Positions 40,401-52,741 of a DNA stretch of 64,000 bases are shown here, piece after piece. Source of the DNA: a virus. Below the pieces are notes generated by a model. That model ran no database searches, was not told the DNA's origin, and saw only the letters and a list, made by a program, of their open reading frames with translations. The stretch covers positions 38,776-102,775 of the IMG/VR virus record IMGVR_UViG_3300045988_063132; one strand, 5' to 3'. A program made the translations under genes and the position numbers. How positions within the stretch are numbered: the stretch's first letter is position 1; each line of letters starts with the position of its first letter.

Positions 40401-43400
40401 GATTGCATTTAAATATCTAGCACCACTTTTAAAATCAATAGTCTTATTACCAGCTTTAATTTTAAAGCCGTATTTAACCGGCATGTCATTGTTTAACATC
40501 GCTCTAGAAATAGCAAAGTTCTTATTTACAGACATCCATTTGGCAAATTTTGCAATAGAATCTTCATCATTTGGTCTCAGCGCTTCGTGTTTTGCACCAA
40601 ATCGTACTATATTACTATTGTTTGTATCAAAGTAAAGTATCTTACTAGGTTCACGCTTAGAATTTACTGTAGATTCCCCAAAGTAAACCAAACTATTTAA
40701 GAACTGAGCGTAAGTGAGGTACCCAACATTAACCGGTTCAATTCCATAAGTATTATCAGCAGGTATAGCATCCTTTAATCTAATTTTTCTAGAAGATAAA
40801 TCAGCAAATACCCTAGCAATAGATGTAGCTAATTCCAAAGGTATTTTATTGGGATTAAGTTTTGCAACATAACCCTCTTCACCAGTAAGTTGATATTTAC
40901 CAGGTATTATTAAATAAGGAGAACCTGGAGTACCTGTAGCATTTGCTGTAAGTAAATATTCTGACTCTCTAGAAGGATCTATATAGAAAATAGAATTGGT
41001 TGCATCTGCTATACCTATTCTCATGGGAGTACCATTAGGAAATACATATTCCCCATCCTTATTCAATTTGAGATCCAAACCCTTTACTAAAGTATTAGAA
41101 GTATTAGGTTGATAATTATTATAACCCGGAGTACGTACAATATTACCTGCTGGCACTTTTACGTTACCTTTATTTTTAAGCAGTTCTAGTACTAACTTTG
41201 TTTTTTCTTTACTTGCGTTTGAAAATGCAAACACTTTATTAGAATAACCTTTATTAGTAATAATGCCTTGTATAGGTAAATATTGAATTAACTCATTTCT
41301 TTCTACTTCAGATAAATTGTCCAAAGCTTCAATAGGATTAGATGATTTTAACAGAGTTAAATACTTCTTTTTTGCAGCCTTTTCTTTAGCGTATCCTGAT
41401 AAATTTTCAATATTATCACTTATAGTAAAGTCAATAGCAAATTTACTAACATCTGTACTAGGATTATTGATTATAGCATTGAATTTATCATCAGATGCAA
41501 GTCTTACTCCCTCTTTGTAGGTATCGTCTTTTGCATAATCCTTTGCTAATTTTGACTTAGGATTGGTAATTTCATAATCTTCATTTTGACCCTCTTTTAG
41601 ATTTAGTTCTTGTCTTGGAGAAGTATCTTCTAAAAGTTTATTTTGTTCTGCAGCCAATTGTGCTAAACTTATTGTGCCACCAGATTTGGATTCAATGTTA
41701 TAGTTTAACAATTCCCCTTGACCAACTTCAATAGGCTTACCATCTTTATCATTTAAAGTATAAACAAAACCATACTTCTCTGATTTCTTAGTAGCTTTTT
41801 TATCTATTGTAAACTCTTTACCATCTTTTGAGATAACCTTATCATTTACATTACTAAAGTCAGCATCTACAGGATTGGGAATACTTTTTGCAATTTCTTC
41901 GTCTTCCTTAGTCTTTTTATCTCTCAGATAATTAATTTCGAAGTCTTTATTATCTATTAAATTTTTTATATTACTTCGTTCTTCCTTCGCCGATACTGGT
42001 AATTTGTTTAAATCTCTTATTAATTGCTTTTTCTGTGCTTCAGCGATTTCTAATTGAGATCCTGTATCACCTTCTTTTGCAGAAGTATAAAGACGTAAAG
42101 TATCTTCAGATGTATTTGGATCATTTATAACGGAATCTAAAGACGTTTTATAATCATCACTACTGAAATAATCTTCTACAGCTTTGGTTTTCTTTTCTAT
42201 CGCTGCTAATTTGTCTTCTATTGCTTTTATTGATGAATAGACTTTTTCTGTTTGAAATCGTTTGTCATACAAACCTTTTACATAATCTTTGTCTGTAGTA
42301 AGATCTTTCAATCTTTTTATATCTACTACTTCATCAATTGCATTATTTGCTAATTGTGCTTGTTTTATTGCATAATCATGTATGTTTGTTATCTGAGAAT
42401 TACGATTTTCAAAATTAACTGCATGTTTTATTACAAAATTCCTAGCGTCTTCTATTGCCTTTTTTAGTTCATTTTCATCTGCAGCCTTTCTTATAGCATC
42501 ATACTTTTCATTAAGCGTATCTGTATATTTTACATTACTAGTAAAATTTTCTTCTACAGCTTGTTTTAAATCATTATTATTAGACAATAATGAATTTATT
42601 TCACCATTTAGTTTTCTATTTCTAAGATTGTTGATTTGTCTATTTGCATCTATTGTGTAGATACTATTCTCAATATCTTGTCTAGTTTGTAACCAAGCTC
42701 TTCTTTGTTCCTCAGATTCAAACTTTTTAGGTTTGGGTAAAATTTTATTTATTTTATCCTTTGCATCTTTTTTAGAAGATGCGATAATGTCAGCTTCTTC
42801 AGTTCTACCTGATTCTCTAAGAGCTCTTTCAAATCTATCTACAGTACTAATTTCAGCTACTTTATTATTTACTGTAACTACTCTAGAAGAATTATTTAAA
42901 ATGTCTACAAATTGCTTATAATCATCTTCTAAGCCATTTTTAGTATTTTGTATATAATCATCTTGATTTCTAAGCTGTTTTAATACCGCTTCAGATATTT
43001 CCATTTGATTCTTAGGATCATATGAGGCTACTCTAGCAAATAAATCTTTATTATCTGTGTACAAAGTATTTAATACTTCAGCTCTAGATTTAATACCGTC
43101 ATACTGTTGTTGAGTTATAGCCCCTTTAGTAAGAGCCATATTCATACCAGCCATCAAAGATTCATATTCTCCAGAAGCAATAAAAGGAACAATAGATCTA
43201 TCTTCTTTTACTTTGGAATGTACAAATCCCCCAAGTAAACCAGCAATAGCACCCGCTGCTCCTTCTTCCAAAGCCGATTTAAAAGATTCCTTGCTAAATA
43301 ATTCTGTGCCGAACTTACCTTTACCTATTTCTACATCCTCCGGAGCAATAAACTGATCATATAATACTTCAATAGAATTTTTAGCTTCAGATTGAAGAAA

Positions 43401-44768
43401 TTCTTCTAAGCCTTCTTCAAAAGCGCTACCTACTCCAATTTTATTAGTAGCGGTAAATCTATCTACGGCATTAACTATGTTATTAATAATTCTATTTGAT
43501 ATGCCTCTATCAAACAATTTTGACATATCTCCGCCAGTTTCATTTACTACAGCTTGTGCTGCCATTTTTCCAGATTTTCCTGTAGCCAACCATCTTGTCA
43601 AAGCGTTTGAACCAAGTTTTTGTTCAATGACTGTATTAATAGCACCAGTAAGTAAACCAACAGATGCTGCATCTTCTAAACTAAGACCAGCATCTCTAGC
43701 AGCTTGATAAGCTTCACCGTAATTTAACACCATACCAGCACCAACCATTGGTAATACTGTAGGAGCGCTTTTGATTGCTTCATTGAGTGTTTTACCTATA
43801 GTACCCAAAGTTTCTACTTCTTTGCCTGTAGCAGCTAAACCACCAATAAGACTACCAACTCCGGTGTTAGCTATTGCTCTACCTACTCCGGCATAGGAAA
43901 CCAAGGAAGACATAACATTACCCATAACATTACTAAAGCTTTCCAAATTATCAAACATACTTTGATCAGCTTCTACGCTAGTCTTACCGTAAGGGGTATC
44001 TCTGGTTATTTCTTCTTGTCGATAATCTGCTAACGCATTTAAACTATCGTATTCTGATTTATAACCTTCACCTTTAGCTAAACTAGAAACAGCTTCTGCA
44101 ATATCTCCTGCCCCAGCAGCAAAACTGTAAATGCCAGGAAGAATACCATGTAACCCTCTTGCAAAGCTCTCGGTAAATCCCAGTAATGCGTTACTTGTTA
44201 ATTTTTTAGGTCCGTAGGAATTAATAATTGAAGTACCTGCTAATTCTACTTTCGCCATAGATTCTTTTGTACCAACTACTTGTTTTAAAGTATATTTTCC
44301 TGTTTCAGGATCAATAGCTGGAGTAAAATAACTAAATAGTTTAAAACTATCAGGTCTGCTTTCTTTTTCCTTCAGTCCTTTTAATACTTCATCAGTTTTA
44401 CCTTTCATAACTTTTAAAAAGTTATTTCTAGTATTGCCTTCTGTACCTTCTGCAAAATCTTCAATATCCATTGAATCTTCTTCAGATAAATATCCTAAAG
44501 ATTTCCTAAGTAGTGTGTTACCCAGGAAATCTTCATCTAAATTCAATTCTGATAGACTTTGCTTTTCGCCACCTAATTCATCAGCAGCTATATATTCATC
44601 ATTCATAATGGAGTTTACCAATGCCACGGATTCTATTTCCTCATTGGCCAATCCTTCATTAAAATTGTTATTTATAATGTTAGGAACAGTATAATAAGAA
44701 TTATAAGTATTTCTTAATACTTCTAATCCGTTTGGTTTGTTGCTAACTGTATCAAAACGTGGAAACAT
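34428..44768 (-). CDS. giant multisubunit-RNAP-like protein, exon 1 (3447 aa; ends ...LTGADFD)
   Basis: The C-terminal ...VLPAELTKLTGADFD resembles the beta-prime ...AAYNADFDGD motif. An HExxH motif (YHEAFHRV) also occurs. Exons 1 and 2 together would encode about 4363 aa. Confidence 0.6.
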
Positions 44769-44770
44769 AA

Positions 44771-46564
44771 TTACATATTTGAATTTATTCTTCTACTATC
44801 AAAAGAAATTGCTGCGTGTGATGGTTCCGCTTTAAATGAAGAACTACCACCAAAAATTTTAGCACTGTAAGCATCTTCAAATGCTTTTATTTGTGCAGGA
44901 TCACTCAAAGCCGGATAACCAATATTAAGTTCATAATAATCTTCTTCCATTTGATTATCATCTGTATAAGGTCTGTCTTCTAACTTATTACCTATTTTGT
45001 GCTTTCCGTTTATACCTTTTTCAAAAAGTATTTTCTTTATGTCATTTGTAGTTAAACTACCATACTTACCTTTATTATTTTCTAAAATGGCATCAATTTC
45101 ACTTTCTGAAACTAATACTTTACCAGGAACTAAAGGCATTTGTATTAATCCCCCATCACTAACAATACCATAATCTTGTAATCTACCATTTGGTTTCATA
45201 TAACCTACTTGGATATTAGATACAAGATCACTAATAATGTTACCATAGGACTCTACAAGATCACTTAACTTTTCTTTTCTCTTCGCAATAGAATTATCAA
45301 AACCCCAAGTTTTAAAGGTATCCAGAATGCTTTTTTCATTATTTAAAAGAAATTCTTTAGATATTTCTGCTACAGGTATACCTGTGTCATTCATAGGTAC
45401 CACGTGCGTAAAATCAGTTAATGTGATTCTCTTATTCTTTCCTTTGGGTTCTCCTTTCTTATATATATCCACATCTCTAGAATCAGGGAAATTAGGATCT
45501 AACATAATCTTAAATTCTCCTTCTGAGAAAGGAATGGATTGTGAATTTACTAATTCTTTTATTTTTGAAGGATTGTTTGAACCTAAGGCTTCTCTGTAAA
45601 CGTTTGAATAAAGATTTCTAACGTCATCTTCTGTAGGATTGTCACCAATAATACCTTCAGCTTGAGCTTTACTCAATTCCTTAGCCAACAAGTTGGTTCG
45701 TTTTTGTGCCAAACTTGCATCCAATTCCATTACTCTAGATTGAGAAGTCTGAGCGGAGCCTTTTTCTGCAGAAAGTCTTGCATTTAATAATGCAAACTGA
45801 TCAACTCCAGCTCTATCTCTCCAAGCCTTTTCTCTTGCTGCTGTATAAACTTGTTGCACAAAAATATCTCTAGCTTGTTCAGGATCAACTCCAGCAGAAA
45901 TCATAGTTCTCATATGCATTTGTGCTTGAGGGGTAGCAAGAATCTCACTCAAATGAGAATCTACTTGTGCTTTAGTTCTATCTGCAGATACTCCATGATA
46001 TAAATATCTACCATCGCTACCCATATCGCTAGGTTTAAGATCATTTACGTATGGATCTACTAAATCATTTACAGATTGATATGCTATTGGAGATATATCT
46101 TTATATAGCCCTTGAGTAGTAGTATCCCAATTGGTAAAGTTTCTATCATGCCATAACGGGTTATATTTACCAGAAGCTATTAAAGCTTGTTTGGCTTTGT
46201 TATATGCTTCAAAATTAGCTGCACTTTGTCTTAATGCTGAAAGTTTAGCTCTATCTACATTATTTATTGCAGATTGTAGAGCCATCTGCCATTCCATACT
46301 TTTAATGGCCTCAGGATTTTTAGCGGCTTGATCAATAATCGGAAGTACTTTACCTCTGGTTTCTGCATCCCAGGTTTGCATATCTTTCATCGATTGCGAT
46401 TGAAAATCAGCCCATGTATTCGCAGCAGTTCTATAATCTGCTAAAGCTTTGTCAACTCTTTCATTTGCCTGCTTACCCAATGTATATAATTGTTCAAAAG
46501 GGATTGGAACATAGGTATCTATAAATTGAGCTTGTGCAGGATTGTCATATCTATTTACTGCCAT
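44771..46564 (-). CDS. virion structural protein (unknown role)
   Basis: 597-aa ORF tightly packed in the late operon. Confidence 0.4.
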   Translation of the reverse strand: MAVNRYDNPAQAQFIDTYVPIPFEQLYTLGKQANERVDKALADYRTAANTWADFQSQSMKDMQTWDAETRGKVLPIIDQAAKNPEAIKSMEWQMALQSAINNVDRAKLSALRQSAANFEAYNKAKQALIASGKYNPLWHDRNFTNWDTTTQGLYKDISPIAYQSVNDLVDPYVNDLKPSDMGSDGRYLYHGVSADRTKAQVDSHLSEILATPQAQMHMRTMISAGVDPEQARDIFVQQVYTAAREKAWRDRAGVDQFALLNARLSAEKGSAQTSQSRVMELDASLAQKRTNLLAKELSKAQAEGIIGDNPTEDDVRNLYSNVYREALGSNNPSKIKELVNSQSIPFSEGEFKIMLDPNFPDSRDVDIYKKGEPKGKNKRITLTDFTHVVPMNDTGIPVAEISKEFLLNNEKSILDTFKTWGFDNSIAKRKEKLSDLVESYGNIISDLVSNIQVGYMKPNGRLQDYGIVSDGGLIQMPLVPGKVLVSESEIDAILENNKGKYGSLTTNDIKKILFEKGINGKHKIGNKLEDRPYTDDNQMEEDYYELNIGYPALSDPAQIKAFEDAYSAKIFGGSSSFKAEPSHAAISFDSRRINSNM

Positions 46565-46566
46565 AA

Positions 46567-48615
46567 TTATACTGTTAAACTATCAACTAAACTATTTACT
46601 GTACCGTATCTTAAGAAATTCTGTAAGTAAGGCAATATCTGACGATCTCTACGTGCTTGATTACGCATCTTTTCTTTAGTCTGAGACCATTGACCTAACT
46701 GACCAGCAGCAGTAGCACCAAAGTTTCTTGCAGCAGCTCTATTACGAGCGTTTAAGTCATTAGTAAGTACAGTATTCTGTACATATTGTTGACCTAAATT
46801 GTTCATCATATTTGCGTATTCACCTAAATATTGATTATTAGCATTATCTCTATTAGCATATACTGAAGTATTCTGAGCATATTCCCCAGTAGCTAATTGA
46901 TTTCCATATGCTAAATTCATACCGGTATTAGGATTAAGTCTAGCCATATTATTACGAGCAATTGCTCTAGATCTTCTATTAGCTGCAAGAGTGGGTTCTA
47001 TATTAAGTTTACGGCTAGCCATTGCTCTATTAATAGCCCCAGTATAGGGATTAATAACCTGATCTTCTACTTCAGGTCTACGTCTACTCTGAATCCAATT
47101 GTACAGTATAGGAGATAAACCAGATAAACTACCAAAGCCAAATGAAGATTTGCTAGGTGTTTTAATTTCATCTGGTGTTAACGTAGGATTAAAATCGTCA
47201 ACAGAAACCAATGGAGCATAGATAGGATCAGATGCTAAAGCTGGGTTAAAGTCTGCTATATCTAATAAAGGAGCCTGACTAGGAGCAGCTACTGATTTAC
47301 TTTGTTTACTTGGGGTAGTTACACCTTTAGCAGTTTTTTTCTTTGTTATAGGAGCTGTACCAGGTAACGATGCTTTAGGAATATCACGTACAGGTTCATT
47401 CGTACCTACAGGGATGGTTTCCCCAGTAATAGCATCGACTTCGTTACTTTCTGGTAATACGTCATAAAAAGCTGGAGCACTACCATAAGTTTGAATTAAT
47501 CTCTTATTTGGATTTAATTTTATTTCTTTGTTTGGTACTGCAGCAGCTTTAAGGGCTTCAGAGTATTCTGGTTTCCACTGCGCTATATAATTATTAGGAT
47601 CATAGATATTCTTGGTAGGAATACTCGTCTTGTATGCTTTGCTTTTATTTGTATCTGTTATAGATGGTGTAGATAATTTGGGAAGATTTAATCCAGCCAT
47701 TGTCTCTTTAGCAGTTGCATTTATAACACTATCTATTTCATTAACATTAACACTACCTGCGTATTTACCGTTTACATCAAAATATTCTCCACTAGATGGA
47801 TCAAATTTAAAATAACCTATTTTTCCAGGTATTCTGGTTAAAATCTGTCTAGATTTTCCATCTTCATATGCTGGTATTCCCTTTACTTTGGGTTTAATAC
47901 CTTTCTTAGCTTTAACTGCTTCTTGTTCTGTAAGCAATTGTTCATACATTGCATTTGCATTTATCTGATTTAATCTATCAGCATTGCGAGCAAATCTATC
48001 TTTTCCTTTACTTCTTTTAGTCATGTTAACTAATTTTTTACCTTCTTGTGCAAAGGTTTTATTTGTACCAGGTCTTTTGATTCTATCAGATAGAACAGAT
48101 TCAAGATTAGAAGCATCTATTAAATGATTATCTGTACCTGGTTTACTATTAGGTACTTGTGCAATATTACCAAAGTCATCTCTTATTACTTCATTATTAT
48201 CCACATAAGCTAAATCTGGCAATATACCACCGTTTTCAAAAGTATAAGCTAAAGAATTATCATCCCAATATTTTTGTTCAAATGTGGCTGCATTACCTTT
48301 CCCCATTGCTATTTCTTTAGCATTTGCTTTAATACGTTTTTGCTTATTAATTGCATTCTTTCTAAAGATACTTGATACAAGGTTTCCAACACCACCTACA
48401 ACTCCACCTACAGCTGTACCAATACCAGGAAGAATAGCAGAGCCTACAGAAGCACCTTTGGCAGCACCTCCTAGAGTACTGCCAGCAATATCTGCACCAG
48501 ATCCTTCTTCTGTAAAGCCTTGTAAACCAGCTCCCAATATAGAAGCAATTTCTAAACCTTGATCTATACCAAAAGCGTAAGCTGGAACTTTCTTTTTATT
48601 TATTTTCTTTTTCAT
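46567..48615 (-). CDS. virion protein with glycine-zipper N-terminal region
   Basis: The N-terminus has GxxxG-rich stretches (GAGLQGF...GGAAKGASVGSAILPGIGTAVGGVVGGVG). The rest is T/P/S-rich. Confidence 0.4.
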   Translation of the reverse strand: MKKKINKKKVPAYAFGIDQGLEIASILGAGLQGFTEEGSGADIAGSTLGGAAKGASVGSAILPGIGTAVGGVVGGVGNLVSSIFRKNAINKQKRIKANAKEIAMGKGNAATFEQKYWDDNSLAYTFENGGILPDLAYVDNNEVIRDDFGNIAQVPNSKPGTDNHLIDASNLESVLSDRIKRPGTNKTFAQEGKKLVNMTKRSKGKDRFARNADRLNQINANAMYEQLLTEQEAVKAKKGIKPKVKGIPAYEDGKSRQILTRIPGKIGYFKFDPSSGEYFDVNGKYAGSVNVNEIDSVINATAKETMAGLNLPKLSTPSITDTNKSKAYKTSIPTKNIYDPNNYIAQWKPEYSEALKAAAVPNKEIKLNPNKRLIQTYGSAPAFYDVLPESNEVDAITGETIPVGTNEPVRDIPKASLPGTAPITKKKTAKGVTTPSKQSKSVAAPSQAPLLDIADFNPALASDPIYAPLVSVDDFNPTLTPDEIKTPSKSSFGFGSLSGLSPILYNWIQSRRRPEVEDQVINPYTGAINRAMASRKLNIEPTLAANRRSRAIARNNMARLNPNTGMNLAYGNQLATGEYAQNTSVYANRDNANNQYLGEYANMMNNLGQQYVQNTVLTNDLNARNRAAARNFGATAAGQLGQWSQTKEKMRNQARRDRQILPYLQNFLRYGTVNSLVDSLTV

Positions 48616-48616
48616 A

Positions 48617-51600
48617 TTATATCAATGAATATCTGTATGCTGTACTAATATAAGGAACTTTAAATGTATTACCACCATTACAATCATACTTATAATGACA
48701 GATTAAATATTTCCCTTTCATTCTATCTCTATAGGATTTGTTTACTAACTCTTCAGCTTCATTTAATTCTCTACTACTACGAGGAACACAGAATTTATAA
48801 GTATCTTCTCTATAATCTATATCATCCTGAGTAAGAGTGAAACTAGTTTGCCTTTTAGTTTCAAAGTATATGTTATCAAAGTTAGTATCGTAAGTAAAGT
48901 CACCACCATATTCAACATTATCAAATGTTTTAGTTTGAGGGTACTTATCATTTACTATAAATCTAACATAAGATATTTTATCTTTGCCAGTAAACATATC
49001 TAATTCGTTACCTGAATTATACTTATATACAGCTAAATTCTTATATATCATTAATTTATCTGTAAATTCAGCATACCAATCAGGTCTATAAGTATAGAAT
49101 GAAGTAAAAGCTCCAACTTGTTCATTAAATACTAAAGTCTTATCTTCTAGAGTAAGAAGAACTTCATTATATTTTTTATCGTATACAGATATAGGATCAT
49201 TTGTAATTATATCCTTATTATCGTGTAAATAAGATTGTACACCTTTTAATTTAGATACAGTACGTAATTGATTATCAAAACCACATATTTCATTTCTATC
49301 GGCATCATACCAATATACTGTACTATCTGATTGTGTTGCAGTTCTTAATTGATTCTCTTTAGAACCATTCTTAGTAGTAAAGTAATCAAATCTAGTTAAT
49401 ACACCACCAGTACCTAACGTAAGTGCACCTGCATTATTATCTTGGATAAGAGAACGTTCATTTACAGCAAGTGTGCCAAAAGCGTCAGTTTGCCAGAACA
49501 ACAAGTTATTCTTAAATAACTTTAAATTGTTTATAGAACCAAATCTGGTATCAACATCTAAGTAATTAGCAACCCTGAATTTAGTCCACGAATCAGTTAC
49601 TTCCAAGTTAGTTTTAGGTTCTGAGTTCATTACCCTAGTATCTGTATGTAAATTATCTATACTATAGATTGATTTACTAACATAGTTTTTAGCTCTAGGT
49701 TGAGCAGAATAAGCATCATTATAAGCATATAATGGCGTATTCTGAACATATATAGAACCTACTTGTACTATATCATTCTCTACAAAGTGATTTGCATAGC
49801 CTGTACCAGACTCATAAGTCTTAGCTGTACCTACGGTATCCGTTCTCAATGAGAGATTAATAGAAGATTCTAACGGTATATAAGCACCATTATATGCTCT
49901 AATTCTTTCATTATCTGGTTGTTCATAATTATCACTAGCATTATGATATGCAAACATACAGTTAGCATAATCTAATACACCAACGTATGTATCACCACCG
50001 AATACGTTTACTTTAGTATTACTATTATCTTTTGCATTGACATAAGACCCAGTACCTATATATACAGAGTTCTGTCTTGTAGCATAACTATTGCCACCAT
50101 AAGGTGTTACAGATTGTCTTAAGTTAGCAATGAGAATTGCATTAGCACTTTCTGGTCCAGCAGCTAATTCTGGTACTTCACCAACCATAGTATTACGAGA
50201 AGTCATATCTGTACTCTGGAATATTGCACATACCCCATGAGGTCCAACCTTCCTAACATTATTATCGTCATAATCATTAGCCTTAGATGTATCTCCGTAT
50301 ACCCAGTTATAGTATACCATGCTACCTACATTGGTAGCTTTAGTTCTCCATGCATCGTCGTCTAAGTCAAAGGGATCTGTATTAGTAGCAATTGTAATGT
50401 CTTGAATTGATGCTGAATTATATCCCCCTGTAGTAACTTTATTGTAATACTTAGCTAAAGTGGCATCATACCATGATTCTGCACCTATATAAATTGCATT
50501 ATTTGCAGTAGATTGTTTTATAGAATCACCTATAGCTGTAACTGAAGTATAAGCCCAACCACTATTCTTAGCCCAACTAGTAGAAGTATTTGAGGTTATA
50601 TTCTTTAAATCGTGTTTTGAAGCTTTTGCCCCAACTAATACTTTGACTTTATCACCGTTGGGTACAACCTTATCATTCGCAGGAGTACCATTACCCATAG
50701 ATTCATCAGGAGATATTGAAGATCGTAGTCTATATATACCTTTAATCTCTGTAGCTCTACCTGTTACTTCAGATGCATTTGTTCTATTAACACATATTTC
50801 TGGTGATATGAATAAGAAATATTCATTAGCATTCTGACTACTAAAGTCAAAAGCATGTGCATATTTATTATTTTGTGACACCATACCATGAGAAGTAGAA
50901 TAAGTAAGATATGGAAAAGCAGTTAATTGATTTGTATTATCATAATTACAAACACAACTAACAGCCCCTTGCATCAATATTGTTCTATCTGAAATAGTTC
51001 TTTCACATCTTACAATCTCATAACCAGTAATCTTCTTACTTTGGATTAAATCACTTGGTATATTAACTGTGAATTGTACACCTAATGGGTGTGTAACTAC
51101 TTCCAAACTATTAGTAGTATTACCACCAATATCTACTCGCATACCTGAAGTAAAGATGTTATAACCAGGTGCACTAGCTTTAGGCATTCTAATATCAGCA
51201 ATCCAATGAGCTGAAGATGCTACATTCTCTTCATTATAGAATACAATAGCAAAGCGATATATTTCATCTCTCATGTAGCTTCTTACCATTGATTCTACTT
51301 CACTATTACTATAGTTTAATATCTTAGCAGTAGCATCAGCAAATTGCAAAGAACCTGCATCTGACCAAGAACCATCTTCCTCAATATTGTATAAGTCTAG
51401 AGTAGATGTAGAACGGGCTTTAGAATTTAATGAGAAAGAATCTTCAGCGTAACCTGTCCTAGACGTGGGGGCGTCGCTTTCAATTAGATTTGTTTTTATA
51501 AATCTATATGAAATATTTTTACCTATACCACCGTATACATACTTACCTGTAGCATCTGGAGCATATAAATACTGACTAGTATCATCATAGTTTGCAGGAC

Positions 51601-52741
51601 AAATACAGTCGTGATTAGTTGGTATATCTTTAGTACTTATTTCTGAAGTAGAAAATGTTATAGAATCCTGTCCAGATGTAGAAGTTAATAATATTTGACC
51701 ATTCTTATTGCATCTGTATGCTCTAGCATCAAATTCATCATCACTAATATCCCAAGTCTGTTCAGTGATATTAGCAGCAAATAACATATTGTCTTTAGAT
51801 TCTATTACTTTGGGAGTAAATATATAAGTACTTAAACCATTGAATTCTTCTAGAGTAAGCTCATCGATAACTGAACCACCTTTATCTTCATAAACTAAAG
51901 TATTATTTGAAATACTTATTTCATCTATCACTGTGATAACGGGTTCTGCAGTATTACTAGAGTAATATATAGAAATTATTCTAGCTCTACTAAAAGAGTT
52001 AGTATCAACAGTAGTCTGTAGTTTAATGGACCTATTAGTAGTTTCTTCTTTAGAACTACCATAGATATCTTGGCTATTGGTGTTTTCTAAACTCCTAGAT
52101 ACTGTAATAATTGGAGATAAAACAGATATAGATGTTTCAGATGTTCTGGGATTAAACAATTGATAACAATATTGATATTTACCTGCTTTCAATCCACCTG
52201 TACCTAAACCTTTAAAGAATAAAGGTGGTAATTGACTCTTTGGTGATATGTTTAAAGAGTCTACATTAAGATTAGGATGAGTTGTAGCTACATTCAATAC
52301 CCTAATCTGATGTACACCATCACACCAGTATATCTTAACTAAATCGTCAGATTCCCATTTACAAACACTACTAACCGCATAATGACCATCTATAATAGGA
52401 ATATCCAATGTCACATTAGACGCTACTGTAGTTACTATAGGTTCAGTTTCAGATGCACCAAAATCGTATCTATAGATATTGAAGTTACTACCTTTCTTAG
52501 TAAACACAATTGCCCAATCCCTAATTGCATTTGTATGGACTATTGTTTCACCATTCAAAGTCAATGTAGGATTGAGCTTACGAACGCCTTCAATATTCTG
52601 CATTACTCCAGTAGAACTATTATCATTGGCAATAATACGTATATTTTCTGCCCATTGATACTGGTCTGAACTTATGACTGAATAATCTAAGTCACAATTC
52701 ATACCTTTTGTCCACGTATTTGTTTGTCTTTGTGCATTCAT
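48617..52741 (-). CDS. large tail-associated protein (1374 aa, beta-rich)
   Basis: The composition is S/T/N/Y/G-rich, typical of tail and receptor-binding proteins. Confidence 0.45.
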   Translation of the reverse strand: MNAQRQTNTWTKGMNCDLDYSVISSDQYQWAENIRIIANDNSSTGVMQNIEGVRKLNPTLTLNGETIVHTNAIRDWAIVFTKKGSNFNIYRYDFGASETEPIVTTVASNVTLDIPIIDGHYAVSSVCKWESDDLVKIYWCDGVHQIRVLNVATTHPNLNVDSLNISPKSQLPPLFFKGLGTGGLKAGKYQYCYQLFNPRTSETSISVLSPIITVSRSLENTNSQDIYGSSKEETTNRSIKLQTTVDTNSFSRARIISIYYSSNTAEPVITVIDEISISNNTLVYEDKGGSVIDELTLEEFNGLSTYIFTPKVIESKDNMLFAANITEQTWDISDDEFDARAYRCNKNGQILLTSTSGQDSITFSTSEISTKDIPTNHDCICPANYDDTSQYLYAPDATGKYVYGGIGKNISYRFIKTNLIESDAPTSRTGYAEDSFSLNSKARSTSTLDLYNIEEDGSWSDAGSLQFADATAKILNYSNSEVESMVRSYMRDEIYRFAIVFYNEENVASSAHWIADIRMPKASAPGYNIFTSGMRVDIGGNTTNSLEVVTHPLGVQFTVNIPSDLIQSKKITGYEIVRCERTISDRTILMQGAVSCVCNYDNTNQLTAFPYLTYSTSHGMVSQNNKYAHAFDFSSQNANEYFLFISPEICVNRTNASEVTGRATEIKGIYRLRSSISPDESMGNGTPANDKVVPNGDKVKVLVGAKASKHDLKNITSNTSTSWAKNSGWAYTSVTAIGDSIKQSTANNAIYIGAESWYDATLAKYYNKVTTGGYNSASIQDITIATNTDPFDLDDDAWRTKATNVGSMVYYNWVYGDTSKANDYDDNNVRKVGPHGVCAIFQSTDMTSRNTMVGEVPELAAGPESANAILIANLRQSVTPYGGNSYATRQNSVYIGTGSYVNAKDNSNTKVNVFGGDTYVGVLDYANCMFAYHNASDNYEQPDNERIRAYNGAYIPLESSINLSLRTDTVGTAKTYESGTGYANHFVENDIVQVGSIYVQNTPLYAYNDAYSAQPRAKNYVSKSIYSIDNLHTDTRVMNSEPKTNLEVTDSWTKFRVANYLDVDTRFGSINNLKLFKNNLLFWQTDAFGTLAVNERSLIQDNNAGALTLGTGGVLTRFDYFTTKNGSKENQLRTATQSDSTVYWYDADRNEICGFDNQLRTVSKLKGVQSYLHDNKDIITNDPISVYDKKYNEVLLTLEDKTLVFNEQVGAFTSFYTYRPDWYAEFTDKLMIYKNLAVYKYNSGNELDMFTGKDKISYVRFIVNDKYPQTKTFDNVEYGGDFTYDTNFDNIYFETKRQTSFTLTQDDIDYREDTYKFCVPRSSRELNEAEELVNKSYRDRMKGKYLICHYKYDCNGGNTFKVPYISTAYRYSLI

